NCBI GenBank assembly: GCA_028534125.1
Contig: CM052832.1
Location: 13,084,001 to 13,148,000, forward strand
Length of the DNA stretch: 64,000 nucleotides
Source: Lama glama
Taxonomy: Eukaryota
Reading direction: 5' to 3'
Shown piece by piece: positions 25,726-40,156 of the stretch (the first letter of the stretch is position 1; each line of letters opens with the position of its first letter). The position numbers were made by a program, and so were the translations under genes. The notes under the pieces were generated by a model. It worked only from the letters and a program-made list of their open reading frames with translations, did not search any database and had not been told where the DNA came from.

Positions 25726-26869
25726 CTGTAAAATGTGTGAAAGAGAAAAAGGTAATTAAACTGGGCAAGCCAGCCTAACTCCATGACTAGCAAAGAGCTC
25801 GGCAAGGGTGGGAAAAATGTGGGCGGTGGAAGAAGAGGGAAAAATCTCAGGACAATATCTGAAGTACTAGGTCCACGAAGAAGAGTCATGCCAAATCAAT
25901 TAACTGTAACATGCACACACACACAAACTCTACAGCCGCGATTTGTCCATGTGGGTGGGAGTGTTTATAAAATCCAGCTAAAATAACATATAGAGGAAGA
26001 AAAGAAATACTCCATTCATTCCATCTTGGAAAAGAGGCTGAAGTAACAGCAGGCGAGGCGAAAGAGGAGAAGGGAAGAAAGGGTAAAAATCGTGAATCTT
26101 CTGAGGTGGAGCAGCACGCAGTGGGAAACCCGATTAGCTTGTTAAACCCAGTATTTGATCATGCAGATAATTGGCAAATTTAAAGAAAGGCAGAAGCACT
26201 GAGAAATTATCTAACACAAGGCCTGAAAAAGCAATTTTAATTCTCTTTGGAATGGTTCTAGAAGGAAACTGACCTTTCTTTTCTTTCTAGAGAGCAACTT
26301 TCACCCCAAGAAATGGACCATGTTTTCTATGGGACACAGGAAGGAACAGGGAGAAAGACCTGGGTTTCAATCCTGGCTGAGTGACCTTAAGCAAGGTAAT
26401 TAACCTCTCTGATTCCAACTTTTCTGATATGAAAAATGACAATGATAATTCCTACTTCCCAGAACTATTATGAGTATCACCAGTGAATAACAGACACAAA
26501 ACACCTGCCTGGCACAAACAAGTGCCAAGAAATGTTTCCCTTCTATTCTTCATGCTCTCTCTGCCGTCCTCAATGCGCAGGACTCATTCAGCATAAACGC
26601 AAATGCTAAACACGTACTCAGAAGTAAATTATGATCATATTAGGCAATCTCGGTGCCCCTCTGGACACACCTCTTAGGCTCATCCCCTTTATCTCTCAGC
26701 ATTGGTTTTTCAACAGTGCGCTCCTCAGTATCATCTGACTTGAAGGGTGTACTGTAAAGTGCTCACACAGTGCCAGGCAGAGCGGAGTCTCATTGGTGAG
26801 TACTGTTTTGACATTTGGTCTGTACCCTTTCTACACACAGGCAGGCTGAGCGTCCCTTTCCACACTCAC

Positions 26870-27009
26870 CAGGGATAAGGAAATGGGAACCATCTTTCTG
26901 GAAAGCAGCGCCACCACTTGATGAAAAATCCTTCGGTGAAGCCTTCTGTCACCTCAGGGTACTGGCACGAAAAACGCTGAAGCTCCTCAGACGACAAGGG
27001 CTGTCCCGT
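26870..27009 (-). CDS. C6orf89: C6orf89 coding exon 4
   Basis: ccttgccaag|TGQPLSSEELQRFSCQYPEVTEGFTEGFFIKWWRCFPERWFPFPYP+TG|gtgagt; 140 nt. Not in the ORF track; read by hand. Confidence 0.93.
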
Positions 27010-27138
27010 CTTGGCAAGGTGGAAAACAAAGTGAAACAAAACAACACGGAACTACTTATCAGGAACATCACAGAACTCGATGTTTTCTAGCCATTAAATG
27101 GGCAGTCAATCAGTGGGGGAATCAGCCTTCTTGCTCAC

Positions 27139-27293
27139 CTTGATCACCAGAGGATGGAGTCTCTCAAATTTTCTGGGGCTATCTTCCAGGAGCATTACCT
27201 TGAGGGGTAACTTCTGGGCACAGCCAGTACAGTTGGCAGGGATGGGGTCCGACTCATTCTGCTCACAGTCATTTGTCCACCAGGGGTCAAAAT
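27139..27293 (-). CDS. C6orf89: C6orf89 coding exon 3
   Basis: ctctcag|(D)FDPWWTNDCEQNESDPIPANCTGCAQKLPLKVMLLEDSPRKFERLHPLVIK|gtgagc; 155 nt, phase matches the previous exon. Confidence 0.95.
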
Positions 27294-30200
27294 CTGAGAG
27301 AGGAAGGGAAATGGAGAAAGCAGATACAGTGGGTAAATTCAGTAGCCCCAGCAATGGAAGCAGAAAGATATAAGAATAATTTTTAAAAGCTAACAATGAT
27401 AAGCACTGGTGACTTCTGAAAAGATATATATGAAATAAGTTAGCCTCAGAGAAGGGAACAGAGGGCCCATGGGGCAGAGGCAGAAAGAGAGGTACTTTTC
27501 TCTGTACACTCTCCTAGAATTTATGGAAAATATATTTTTTAACATGTACATGTATCTCCTAAGTCAAATCAGCAATTAAGTTGAAGAGCTGGAGAAGATA
27601 CGTTCAACGACATGGGGTTGGAGACGCAGTTGTTCTACTGTTTTCTATCCTGTGACCCACAGTCTGAACCGGCTACAGCAGATGGGGAAGGGGCAGGAAG
27701 AAAGGTGGTCCACTGTCAGTGATGAGCCCATCTGCACCCTAGACCTTGGGTTCACAAGTACAAATGGAGTCCAGGATGGCTCTGGGAAGGAAGAGTGAGA
27801 AAAGGGTACAGAGAGAAGGGGTGGAGAGGAGACAGGACTTCTCAGGGGCCCATTTTTGGAGTAAAGTGAATGGCACCTGCTGGATAGCACTGTCCCAGCT
27901 CACAGAGGGACGGGGCTACAAACCATGGCTTCTACCCACAAGGACTGTGCTCGCTGGCTCCGCCACACCTTTCCCTGGCTGGTTCTTCTCTGAGCGGTTG
28001 GCTCTGTTTCTACATAGTCCTTCTCAGTTTCTCTGTGTTCCTTCCCTCCGAGACTATTCTGTTCATAATATTATTGAATTATTTCTTGTTTTCTTTCTGT
28101 TCCACTCTGGGTTTCATCTGTGTTTTCTGAGATATGTGTTTGTGATAAACTCTAATTTGAATCCAAAGTATCACCAGATGGTTTCTGATTAAAACCCAAT
28201 GGAAACCAAATCAGGAGAGAGCCTAGAACAAAAGACAACAGACAACTAAACGTGGCCAAAATGAAGTCAGTTCTGTAAACCAATAAACACATGTGGAAAT
28301 TAACTCTTAACCACAAAACATTTTCTGTAGTCAGTAGTAGGCAGCAGTAGTGGAGTGTAAGAAGTCCTCATCGGGGAAGGGCTGTGTTTGCTCCCAGCAC
28401 ATCTCCTGAGCACCCTCCAGGCACCCTCCATCTCTTGCAGACAGAACCTGTTTCCTTGAGGCAGCTGCCACCCACCCTTCTCACTCGCCTTGGCCCACAG
28501 GCAGAGTATCAACTAGAGGACTACACACAGTGTAGTACACATAGTGCTCACAACGAACCTCCAGGGGCAGCCCTTTAGTGGCATCTGTTTCAGTGGCACA
28601 CTGAGGCTGCAAAGTTATGCTTTTTTCTTTTCCTTCTGGAATATTTTCAAATGTTCCTTATTAGAGGTCAACTATGATAAATTCTTGCCAAAATACAAGA
28701 ATTCTGGGTAACAGACATACCATGAGGCATAAGTAATCATAACGACATGTTACAATTACATAGCATTTCAGTTTCCAAGGTACTTGTGAGGGAGGGGAAA
28801 GAAAACTAACATGCTAAGTGCCAAGCCTGATGCTAGTCATTTTCGCAGGTTATATATCATTTATTTTTTACCATGTAATTATTGATGAGGCATTGCTATT
28901 CTAATTTTACAGATGAGAAAACTGAGAGAGGCCACAGGAATTACCAAGGCGCCAGAGTGTGGTGGGAAGAGCATGGAGGATGCGGTGGGGTGAGGGATAA
29001 AAGGACAGAGGCTGCCAAGGAAGACTGTGATGAGGGCTTCTGTAGTTTCCTTCTAGGAAGGTTATTTTGGGTTGTGATTCAGGTGCCCTGGAAGAGAGAG
29101 GCTTGGAAGAGGAAGACCTGGTTGTATTTTGTTTTTGTCCCTTTTTTGGGGAGGGAGGAGTTGTACTATGATGAGAGGTGAAATATAATTAGAGTCTAAA
29201 CTGAGGCAGTGGGCTTGGGAAGAAAGGGTGATTCCAGAAGCAGTGATGACACAATCTATAGCTCTAAGCAGCACTGCAGAGAACCTCTGTGCAGGCTGAG
29301 ATGGAACCAGAGCTCCTCACCTAAGGCAGCACCAGCACAGGAGACACTGGAGGTCTGCATGTATTTATTACCACATTTTCTCCACAGAAAATGTGTCATG
29401 TTCCAAATGAACGAATTAATTATGATGATTTCCCCAGGAGATAAGAGTAAAGTGCCAGGAGCAAGTCTTCTAATTTACACAAAGGTGCTTCATGGGCTAG
29501 GAGCAGGCAGTTCTGGACCTAAGAGGACCTAAGAGGACACATTTTAACTGTAACTTATTTCAGTTTTATTCTGAGCTTTAGATAGCTTTGGGATTTCCAG
29601 GTAGAGATGTTTTGAAAAGCAAGTGAAGTGAAGAAAGCCCAGGGAAGAAAAATCAAGAAAGGAAAAGAAAACAAGAAAAGAGAATTTAATAATGTGGCAG
29701 AACACAAGATAGAGATCTCTAGACATGTAAATATCAAGTGTTCTTATAGTACTGGCCATAATCATTTAAAAACTGAAATGGAAAAATGACTTAATTCATA
29801 ATAGCTGGCAATAAATTTAGCATGGAAGATAAAACTATAAAATTTTACTGAAGAACGCAAGACCTGAATAAATAAACATATCATACCATGATCCTGGATG
29901 AGAAGGCTAAATATGTTAACGATGTCAAGTCTATGCAGAAACACACACACACACATATATAACACCCATATATATAAATTTAATATGACTTGGATAGAAT
30001 CCCATCAGAGTTTCTTACTGGTGACAGTGGGGATAGGGTGGGGCTCTGACAACTGCATTCTAAAGTTCATCTAGAAGAGAAAATATGTGAGAAAAGCAAC
30101 AGGTAGCAATCCACTCCCTGCCAAATTAACAATGGGAAATATTTAAGTGCCAGAAGGCATCCTGGTAATACAAATGAATTATGAAGTATGGTCATTGCTT

Positions 30201-30414
30201 AAAATCAATGGAGGATACTCCCTTCAGGAGTACAGAAAGAGTTAATATATTAAGAGCCTTATATGGTGGACACTGGGCACATGGGGGACCTGTAGACCCT
30301 CACCTCTGACCACTCCTGGGCCACTGGAGGGCTTGTGCCTCTCTTTGTGCTGGGCGTGAGGAGGGCAGGACTGGAGGGAAAGAGCATTGTTTCGCTCTGT
30401 GTATTTAATACATT

Positions 30415-31315
30415 TTCTTAAAAACAGCTTTATTGAGATTTAATTCATGTATCATAAAATTCATTCATTTAAGGTGTACAATGCAGCAGCTTTCAGTATA
30501 TTCAGAGTTGTGTAACCAACACCATTATCTGATTTTAAAACATTTTCATCACCCTAAAAAGAAACCCTGTACCTATTAGCAGTCACTTCCCATTCTAACC
30601 CCTTTCCCACCAGCCCTAAGCCACTTTCTATGGATTTCACTCTCTATGGATTTCCCCTTCTGGTATTTCATATAAGTGGAATAATGTAATATATGGTCTT
30701 TTGCGTCTGGCTTCTTTAATTTAGTTTCCAAGGTTCATCCATGTTGTAGCACCTGTCAGTTCTTCATTCTTTTCTATTGCTGATTGCTATTCCATAATAA
30801 GGATACACTACATTTTGTTTATTCGTTCATAAGATGCTGGACACTTGGGTTGTTTCTACTTTAGGGCTGTTATGAATAATGTTCCTATGAACACTTGCAT
30901 ACAAGTTTTTGTGTGGGCTTATGTTTTCAGTTCTCTTGTGTGCATTCCTAGGAGTAGAATTACTAGGTCATTTGGTAACTCTATGTTTAGCTTTTTGAGG
31001 AAATGCCAAACTGTTTTCCAAAGCAGCTGCACTATTTCACATTCCAGTCAGTAATGGATGAGGGTTCCAATTTCTCCACATCCTCACCAACACTTCTTAC
31101 TGCCTTTTTTATTACAGCCATACTTAGGTAGGTAGGTATCAGGTGGTTTCTCACTGTGGTTCTGATTTGCATTTCCTTGATGGCTAACGATGCTGAGCAT
31201 CTTTTCATGTGCATATCAGCTGTCTGTATGTCTTTTTTGGAAAAATGTCTATTCAAATCTTTTGCCCATTTTTAATTGAGTTATTTGTCTTTCTATTATT
31301 GAATTGTAGGAGTTG
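30415..31315 (-). mobile_element. L1 (ORF2 C-terminus + 3'UTR), inserted into an older plus-strand L1 (~29720-33750)
   Basis: ORF 31032-31256 ([34 protein letters not shown]) is a typical L1 ORF2p C-terminus. Confidence 0.85.
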
Positions 31316-31416
31316 TAGATAATAAATTCTTGAAAAAGAAAAATAATGAGAGACTTGCTTTAACCCGATAAAAAAAATTAGTAGCATTCTATAAAGCTAT
31401 TATAATTAAAATAGTA

Positions 31417-32151
31417 CAGCCAATCCTTATTATTCACAGATTCTTATCTATGAATTTGCCGACTCCCTACAATTTATTTGTAACCTGCAAATCAATACTG
31501 CTGGTGCTTTCACAATACCAAGTGACAAATCCCAGCTGAAGTGGAACAAGGCAACTGTTCTGTCTTTTTGTTTCACCTCTCATACTGTAAATAAGTGTCC
31601 TGTTTGCTGCCTATTTAGTGCCACTTTTTTTTTTTTTTTGGTATTTTTCTTGGTGACTTTGCTGTTAAAAGTGGCCCCTAAGGGAGGCTGTGTGCTTAGG
31701 GGGTCAGAGGGTATATGGGAACTCTCTGTACTTTCCTCTCAATTTTTCTGTGAATGTAAAACTGCTCTAAAAATAGTTTATGAATTTTAAAAAATGACCC
31801 CCAAGTATAGTGCTGAAGTACTACCTAGTGTTCCTGAGTGAAAGAAGGCTGTGATGTACCTTACAGAGAAAATACATGTGTTAAATAAACTTTTTTCAGA
31901 CATGAGTTACAGTGCTGACTGTGAGTTCAATGTTAATGAATCAAAATATCTTTTAAATAAGGTGTCTTTAAACAGACACATACATAAAACAAGGTCATGT
32001 ATTGATCAGTTGATGAAAATGTAGCCAGAGGCTCTCTGGCTACAGAACCAAACTCTGTATTTCCCCTGGGGACAATGGGTCAGTATTCACTAATTCAGTG
32101 TTTACAGGAACTTTATAGAACAAAACTACAGCAAATAATGAGAATCAACTG
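31417..32151. mobile_element. MER44/Tigger7-like Tc1-mariner relic, with a small L1 3' tail nested at ~31682-31790
   Basis: Diverged terminal inverted repeats cagccaatccttattattcac / gcaaataatgagaatcaactg flanked by TA; internal sequence gtgctgaagt...aagaaggctgtgatgtaccttacagagaaaatac. Confidence 0.7.
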
Positions 32152-33027
32152 TATGTTCTTACAAGGAACAGATAAAAAGCTTAATAAAACACAATAAAGA
32201 ATGTGGCAACAGATCTAGTATATATACATATGAGAATATTTACTTTGTGATTAAAGGTCAATTTTGATTCAATACAGGATGGATCCAGTAAATGATATTG
32301 GGACAAGTGGCCATCTATTTGGAAGAAAACAAAGTATGCTCCCTATCCTTCAGTATGCACTGAAAAACATTCTAGATAAATGGATAAAACAAATTTTAAA
32401 AATATTAGAGAAAAATATGAGATGATTTTTTTAAGTCTGGGAGCAAGAAAGGTTTCCTAAGCAAGACATAAACCAAGATGTCATAATGGAAAAAAATGGA
32501 CAGATTCAGCTAATGTTTGCATATTAAGAGGCAAAGAATTAATACCTCTAATATATAATAAACCCTATTTGATCAAAAATTTTAAAAGGGCAAAGAAATA
32601 TGAACAAGTAATTCACAGAAAAATAAACATAAATGGCCTGAAAAAAACATGAGAAGACATCCAACCAACTCCACTAATAACCACAGAAATGCAACTTAGA
32701 GGGAGATACCATTTTTCAGTTTTCTGACTGGCAAAACAATGACAATATCCAGTGCTGATGATCAGCATATGCTTTAATGAAAGTTACACATTGGTGTAAG
32801 TTTATGAAGATAATTTGTTAGTATTTATTGAAATATAAAATGTGCATGCCCTTTGACCCTGTTACTCTATTTTCAAGAATCCATCTTATAGAAATAATCG
32901 TATATGTATATAAAAATAAGTTTATATGAATGTCCCAAGTCCTTTTTTTAAATAATAGCAAAAAATCTAGAAATTGTTAAATAATGGAATACTCACAGAA
33001 TGGAATAATATGAAATCCCAAAAAATG

Positions 33028-33472
33028 TGTATACTGGGTTGAACAGTGTCCTCCCTAAAATTCAAGTCCCTCTGGAACCTCAGAAAGTGACTATATTTGG
33101 AAACAGGGTCTTTACAGATATAATTAATTAAGGTGAGGTCATACTGAAGTAGGGTGGACCCTAAATCCAATCTAAACGGTGTCCTTATAAGAGGAGAGGA
33201 CACACAATGACCCATAGAGGGAAGATGGCCATGTAGAGATGGAAACCAGAGTTAGGCTACTGCAGCTAAGAAATGTCAAGAATTGATGGCAACCACCAGA
33301 AGCTGGAGAGGCAAAGAAGGATTCTTCCCTAGAGCCTTTGAGAGGGAGTACAACCCTATTAACACCTTGATTTTGGACTTCTTGCCTGTAAAACTGTGAG
33401 AGAATGAATTTCTGTTGTTTTAATCCACCTGGTCTGTGGTGCTTTGTTATGGCAGCCTTAGAAACTAATACA
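33028..33472 (+). mobile_element. MaLR solo LTR (MLT1-like)
   Basis: TG...CA termini and characteristic gaatgaatttctgttgttttaatccacc...gttatggcagccttagaaactaataca end. Confidence 0.8.
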
Positions 33473-35985
33473 ATATGTCTAGCCAAAAATATGTTCATAA
33501 GCCCTGTCTTGTGTGTGTAAACCAAAAGTATTTTATATTTACAGATATTAAGTATATCTATCTGTACAGCCAGGGACAAATTCAGAAGGATGTATATCAA
33601 ATTATTACCAGTGGTTGCTTGGGTGGAAGAGTTAGATGGATAGAGGTGAGAAAATTTATATACTTCAGAAGTGTATTTTTAAAAATCAACATCTTACACC
33701 TCTCTACTGTCTTCGTATGTGTTTTATGTATTTTCCAAAAAAAAAAAAAAAAAGTCTTTGGAGACCATGAAAACTCAAGCTGAGAATATTAACATTTAGT
33801 GTAGAGTTAAGTCATCCTGGAAGACAGGCCCTGTGGCCAGGCTGGTGGCCAGCAAAGGGGGAGGGGAGGACGAAAAAGGATCACTGGAATGGGGTAGTTT
33901 ATATCATCCATCTGAATTAGGGGAGCCCTCACTTCAGGAGGAAGAGCTACTTTTGATTTCTCTGCAGCCTTCATCATCAAGGTAGGTAAAGAATGTACCT
34001 ACTTGGTGGGAAGGGACTGAGGAAACACCAGATAGTGAAGTGTCTGGGAGCGGGGGCAGCGCACACTTGGGGTTCTTTCTCCACTTCTCATAGAATTTCC
34101 AAAACAAAGGGAGAAATGCCTAGACTTCAACTTGCGCCTCCATCTATCTGAGAAGCTTTAATCTGATTCGTTCTCTATACAACTGGCTGCAGACAACATA
34201 CCACAGAGTGAGCAAAATCCCATCCTAGAAAACAGCCAACAGCACACAGCAGACCATCCCATGCCATCCCAGTCCACAGCTTTTCTTCAATTATCTAAAA
34301 TGCTGCATCTCACTTTTTTCTAGTCCTCCACTGTTTCTATCCACCCTTTCTGCAGCACCAGACAGAAAGCCCAGTGGAAGCCGGAGAGCAACTTCCTAAC
34401 TTTCTTTTGATTTCTAAGGCTTCTTTACTCCGGATAGCCTCCTTATACTAGCTATTTTATCCTAAAAAAAGAAAAAAAAGGTGTGACAGAGAAGTGAAAC
34501 TCCACAGGTAAGAATTCAATAAAACCCATGAACTGTATTCCAAATTCTCACTGATTATAGAATCATTTTGCTGTTTGAGATATCAAAAACAGTCTCTTAG
34601 AAAAAACACAGCCTTGAAGTTAAGAAAGGCAGAAACTGTAACTTCCCAGCCTTCTCTGAAGTTTGGGCACTCTGCAGAGAAGCGGTGAGCCAAGGCCTGT
34701 CAGGAGGCTTCCTGGTGCCTGAGAGTTGTTTACAAAGAAAATGCACTCAGGCTGGCTCGCTGTGGACAACAATAACATACCCTGGAATTCTGAGTGGAGA
34801 GAGTCTTTATACACAGATTAACCTGGCAAGAGGAAAAAAAAAAAGATTTATTTCCAGGACCAAAAAAACCCTCCCACTGGTTGAAAAGGATAGGGAAGAA
34901 GAAAGGTACAAAGCCAAGACTAGCTCCACAAAAGCAGAGGGACTGTCTGTTTTGTTTGCTGTTCTGTTGAGAACAGTGCCCGGTGTACAACAGGGTCTCA
35001 ATACACATTCACTGAATGAATGAATGAAATCTTGACTTTTTGGAAGCTTTACCAATAGGATTAGGTCCATGGGGAGAAAATTCAAACAAGTAATCTGAAT
35101 TTGGAGAAACCTCAAAATAAAGATTAAATAAATATAACCTCATGATTTCTTATATTAGATTTCTCATATTAGAAACGTGCCCAAGAAAAGCCTGCAAAGT
35201 CCACGACAGAGTTTCTGTGACTTTGGTGTGTGCTCAGTATTTAATCAGGCTACTCTCCAGCAGTTTGTTTTGCTTAGCACTTCTAGCATCCTAGGCATAA
35301 GGCAGGGGTGAAGTCTTCATGGTGGAGGCGCCCATGGCCAGGTCCCCTGCATGGGTGGCAGCAGGCCTGGAGCCACTTTCATACACTATAGGGATGGAAG
35401 GAATCCATGAAATCATTTTGCCCACAGGTTTGCCTTTAGGAAACAAAGTGTTTGAACCATTCCAAACCACAGAGTCCATCTATTTTTATGAATTCTCCTT
35501 GTATAAAAATTTATCTCTAAATGTGAAACTTCAGGTAAGATAGTCAACCTCCATGCACATCAGTTTCCTCATCTTTGAAATGGACATAAAAATGTTAACT
35601 ACCTTATGTGACTGCTGTGAAGACCGAGAAATACACAGCTCAGTACGTGGCACAGTGCCTGTTATACTGTAAGTGCTTGACAGAGCTATTATCACTTTAT
35701 TCTTTTATTTGCAAATAAACAGGTCTCAGCTTTTCATCTTTGGGCACTGGCCTGGGCTCTAAGTCTGATTAGGCCCTAATCTTAGTTCTAAGTCAATGAA
35801 TGATCTGCTATTCCCAAATCGCCTTGATATGTGTAGATTCACTTCAACCTTCTCTTGAAAGTTCATGGATACATAAAGTTCCAATTATGCAGTACAGATA
35901 CAGAGATACACCTTCTCATTGTATATGAGAACTTCCCTGGGCCTCCTCAGTACATATGGATAGTACAATCAAAAATTATAAATGC

Positions 35986-36165
35986 TCAGACCTACTGTAT
36001 AGCACAGGGAACTATATTCAATTACCTGTAGTGAGCTATAATGGAAAAGAATCTGAAAATATATGTGTAAACATATGTGGGTTTATGTATAACTGAATTG
36101 CTTTGCTGTATACCTGAAACTAACATTGTAAATCAACTATGCTTCAATAAAAAATAAAATGCAAA
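35986..36165 (+). mobile_element. 5'-truncated L1 3' tail
   Basis: cctactgtatagcacagggaactatattcaa...aataaaaaa; perfect 15-bp TSD aaaaattataaatgc (35971-35985, 36166-36180). Confidence 0.8.
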
Positions 36166-39100
36166 AAAAATTATAAATGCCCCAAGTAAACAAAATCATT
36201 GGGCCGAACATGCTGGAACCTGGCTTAGCTGAGGGCAGAGCAGTAAATGTGACATGACAGCAAGAGTGCTAGACTAGAGTTAAGAAACTAAGGGTCAAGT
36301 GCTAGTCTGCCACTTTTAGCTGGGTAAGCAAGCTCTTCACATCTCCTGGCTTCAATTTCCTCTTTATAAAACAGGGGTATGTTTAAAGTATGTACTAAAT
36401 CAACTCTAAAGTTCCTTTTGAGCTCTAAGACTCAATGATTCCATTGGGTGAAAGCCAAGAGGATGGCTGGAGGGTCAAAGTGGATATAAAGATATGAAGC
36501 TGGGGGTAGGGCAGTGGAATAAGAATGTGAATGTGAAGGGAAACCTATGGGTTAATAAGAGAAAGGATTAAGTCAAACAATAAGTCAAACATTACCTATA
36601 AGGGTGCAGATTGGGAGGATGAGCTGGACTGAATGTCTAGGAAAAGATTAGTTCAGGAAAATTCTAAAGGGGGATCATTTATCATTGGACATGCAGTAGC
36701 AGCCAGAAAGAACTTTGTTTCTTCAGGGACTAGGGAGCTGAGAGAGAAAGCATCTGGTGATCTGAGAGAAGGAGTGTAGAACTCTAAAATCAAACTTAGA
36801 GCTAGACTCTTCAGGTATACTATGTGGCTACAAATGCCTCACATCAGAGGCTCAGACTCTGAAGACAGGTTGCCTCGGTTCATATCATGGTTCCATGACT
36901 TACTGACCTTGGGGTCTTGGGCAAGTGAGCTACTCTCACTGTACCTCAGTGTCTTCATCTTTAAAACAGACATAAACCCAGAACCTAGTGCACAGGAATA
37001 TTATAAATATCAAGTGAGTTGATATATGGAAAGCCCTTTGAACAGGGCCTGATATTTGTTAAGACTAAACAAGTCAGCTTATTTATTTTCTGCTGCAGAG
37101 TGGGATGTATACATGACTCACTACAGAGTCACTTCATTCTCCCTATGAAGAGGATTTAGGGGCAAGGTTTCCTACCCGAAGCTGAAATCTAGAAAAAGAA
37201 CCCCACTTCTGTTGCCTTTTGTTCCCTGGGTAGAGTCAAGAGGAAGTACCACAAGTGGTCAGGAGGAAACCTACCACCACTGGTGGCGGAGCCACTGGTA
37301 CAGCACCGCTCCCGTTGCCTTCCATCATTCCCAAGGCGCTGCTGCAGGGAGTGTCAGATAACCAGTCAGCCCTTAAGGAGACAGTATGCTGAAGGGCTTT
37401 CCTACGGGGAGCTGAGTCTGCCACACCATTCTGCCTCCACATTTACTTTAAAAGTGTTGCTAAGTAGTCCTAACTGAAAGGCAGTTGCTTTCTGGCATTA
37501 TGACAACAGGAACAATAATTTATATATTTTTTACTTTTCTGGCCCTCTTACAGGCCCGACAGTTCAACTTCTTGCACCTAATTCTCCCCAATATGTTTCT
37601 GTTCTCTCCTTATAGCATTATGCATTCTTAAGTTTCCTTCCAAATGCTATGCAAAGCGCTGTTAGTTTTACATGTCTACAGCTTCCCAGAATTATCTCAC
37701 ACAGGAAAACAGGGTGCAATATCCACATTTACAAGTAAAAGCGGCACTTTAATAGAATCAACAACATTAAAGATGTAAAGCCACACCCTTCCAATGCTCT
37801 CTCTTTACAAGTGAGCTCTAAGGACTCGTTTTATTTCCACCTGCAAGGCAAAATATTCATTTGGAGTGGCCAATCTGGCTTGTTGACAAGATGTTTCTTA
37901 AATTTTTAAGCTCCAATACAGAGAATGAACAATCATTGTCCATTGACTATTATTTCTTAACTCAACAGTCCATGGAGTTGTACTTTACAGGATGGGGAGA
38001 AAGAAAGTAGAAATGCCATCAATCTGGTCCTAAAAACTGTTGACTTCACCTCACGTGCCAAAGAGCAGAAGCTGACTCTAGGGAGGCTGTGAGAGGAAGA
38101 CATGAAAGGAAACTGATGCATGTGAAGCAGCAGCACAGGCTGCCCTCACTGACAAGTTTCTCTGTCTCTTTCCCCTACATGCTCTGGATGCTCCTGATAG
38201 GAGGTGGACACTTCATTTGTATATGCTTTGCTGATGACATTTCAAAAACAACGTTCCCAATAAGTACAAGGAAAATACATCTGGAGTTAAAAAGTCCAAA
38301 TATATGAGCTAGTTTTTTAAAAAAACTTACAGGCTGGGTTTTTGCTTTACAATGTTCCCTTCCTCTGATTTTGATATAATTCTGGAAATCTTTCTGTAAT
38401 TTCCTCAAGGGTACAAAAACAGCTTTCAAAGCCAAATGATGATTTTTATGACTGGCTAGGTCTTGGCTTAAAGAATGGTATTATGATTATAAGGTTTAGC
38501 TTCAACTACTGAATTTTTCCTGAAAACAACATTGAAGAGAAAACATACTTCCTAAATAGTTATGCTGGAGCCTAATGGTTTCAGAACATGGTTACACAAA
38601 AAGCTCCATAATCCATTTGTGATATTAATTTATGCATTCTTTCGTATGGGCAAGTAAGATAAACAACTAATAAAAATATACATAAAATAATGTCCCCAAA
38701 TAGTATCTATTTGTTCTCATAAAGTAAACTTCGAGTCTTATCTTGTTATACTATTCTCAAAAGGCAACTCCTAAAACAGCCTACCGGACTAGGAATTCCT
38801 GTGCTACTATTGATACGTTGTTACTAAATTTAAGTGTTTCTTGAATTCAACTTATTGGCAAAATTGTATACTTAGGAGCACTACATAAGTGAACTGTGAG
38901 ACAGAGAGAAAAGACTAAATTGAAGAAGAGGGATATACCTAGACAAAAACCTAGCCCAATAGGCTAAGGACTGTTAGAGGATCTGGATTCAGAAGTTCTC
39001 AAAAAATCAATAGCTATTTATTAAAATATCTACCACAGATAGGGATCATAGAAGAAAAAACAGTAGAATAAGATATACTCAGATCCCTTCTATGAGCAAA

Positions 39101-39289
39101 ACCACTCAGTTTCTCAGTCTGCAAAATGGGGTAATAAAACCCATCCCATGAGGTTTTACTGAGGATTGAATTAAATGAGACAACATAGGGAGAGTGTCTC
39201 TCATTAGATATCAATAAATGTTACTTCCTTTCACATGATACACTGCCAAGAAAGCTGTTATCTGATAAGTAGTACATGCAGCATTCTAC

Positions 39290-39503
39290 CTGGAAAGGGT
39301 CTGTCTTCATCACCCCCATGCAGAGGCACTCCCTTATTTTCTGGCATATACTTCTTGGTAATAGGTAAGGACATCAGCCGGATGTGATGGATGAGTGAGC
39401 GCCAGGTGTGAGCTCCAGAAAGCACTGGTTCAGGTGGTAATGGGCTGAAAGGTTGAATCACAAAGTAGGCAGTGAGCAAGATTAATCCCAGGGTTATGAG
39501 GAC
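39290..39503 (-). CDS. C6orf89: C6orf89 coding exon 2 (contains most of the transmembrane segment)
   Basis: cttgtag|VLITLGLILLTAYFVIQPFSPLPPEPVLSGAHTWRSLIHHIRLMSLPITKKYMPENKGVPLHGGDEDRPFP+G|gtagaa; 214 nt, phase 0 to 1. Confidence 0.95.
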
Positions 39504-39967
39504 CTACAAGGAAAGACAGGAAATGGATTAATAATTGTCCCAGCAAACAAAATATTTTAATGCACCTCCCCCCCCATAAAAAACAGGCATCTTCTATTAC
39601 TTCCAAAGTGCTTTAAGAACTAATCCATTTTCATAAACAAGACATTTACATTCACTTTTGAAAGCATTTAAAGTCTGAGGACTGTGGGAACTGCAAGGCT
39701 CACCAAGCTTCAATCATATGGACCAAGGCTATGTCCACCATTTAAAAATATGCACAAATATACTTAATTATAAATACACAGCTTTCACCTAGGACATTTA
39801 ACAAAATGGTTAAATTTCCTAATAAAACATGGTAATGAAGAGTAAACCAATTTATTCATAGAAAAACCAAGGTTCAATGGTGGAATCAGTCAACATGAAT
39901 ATTTGGGGTGAATGCTGCAGAGTTTGTGCTCTGTCTAAGCTATTTCCAAATCAGAACACCTTGTTAC

Positions 39968-40156
39968 CTTGTACACTGCTAGAAGGAAGGGATACTGGGG
40001 TGGCCCCCTCTGTGGTTCATTCTTTTCCAGTAGCTGTCTGATAAATTTTTCAATTGCCTTCTCTGACATGCCACACTGATGGCCTGTCTGTCTCACCAAA
40101 TCAACAGTCTCTGAAAGTTTGTCATAAATGCTGAGCTCATTAGCAGCAAGATCCAT
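39968..40156 (-). CDS. C6orf89: C6orf89 / bombesin receptor-activated protein (BRAP) homolog, first ATG-containing coding exon (exon starts at 40175)
   Basis: MDLAANELSIYDKLSETVDLVRQTGHQCGMSEKAIEKFIRQLLEKNEPQRGPPQYPFLLAVYK. Acceptor ctctctttcag at 40176, donor AAG|gtaaca at 39967; 189 nt. Confidence 0.95.
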
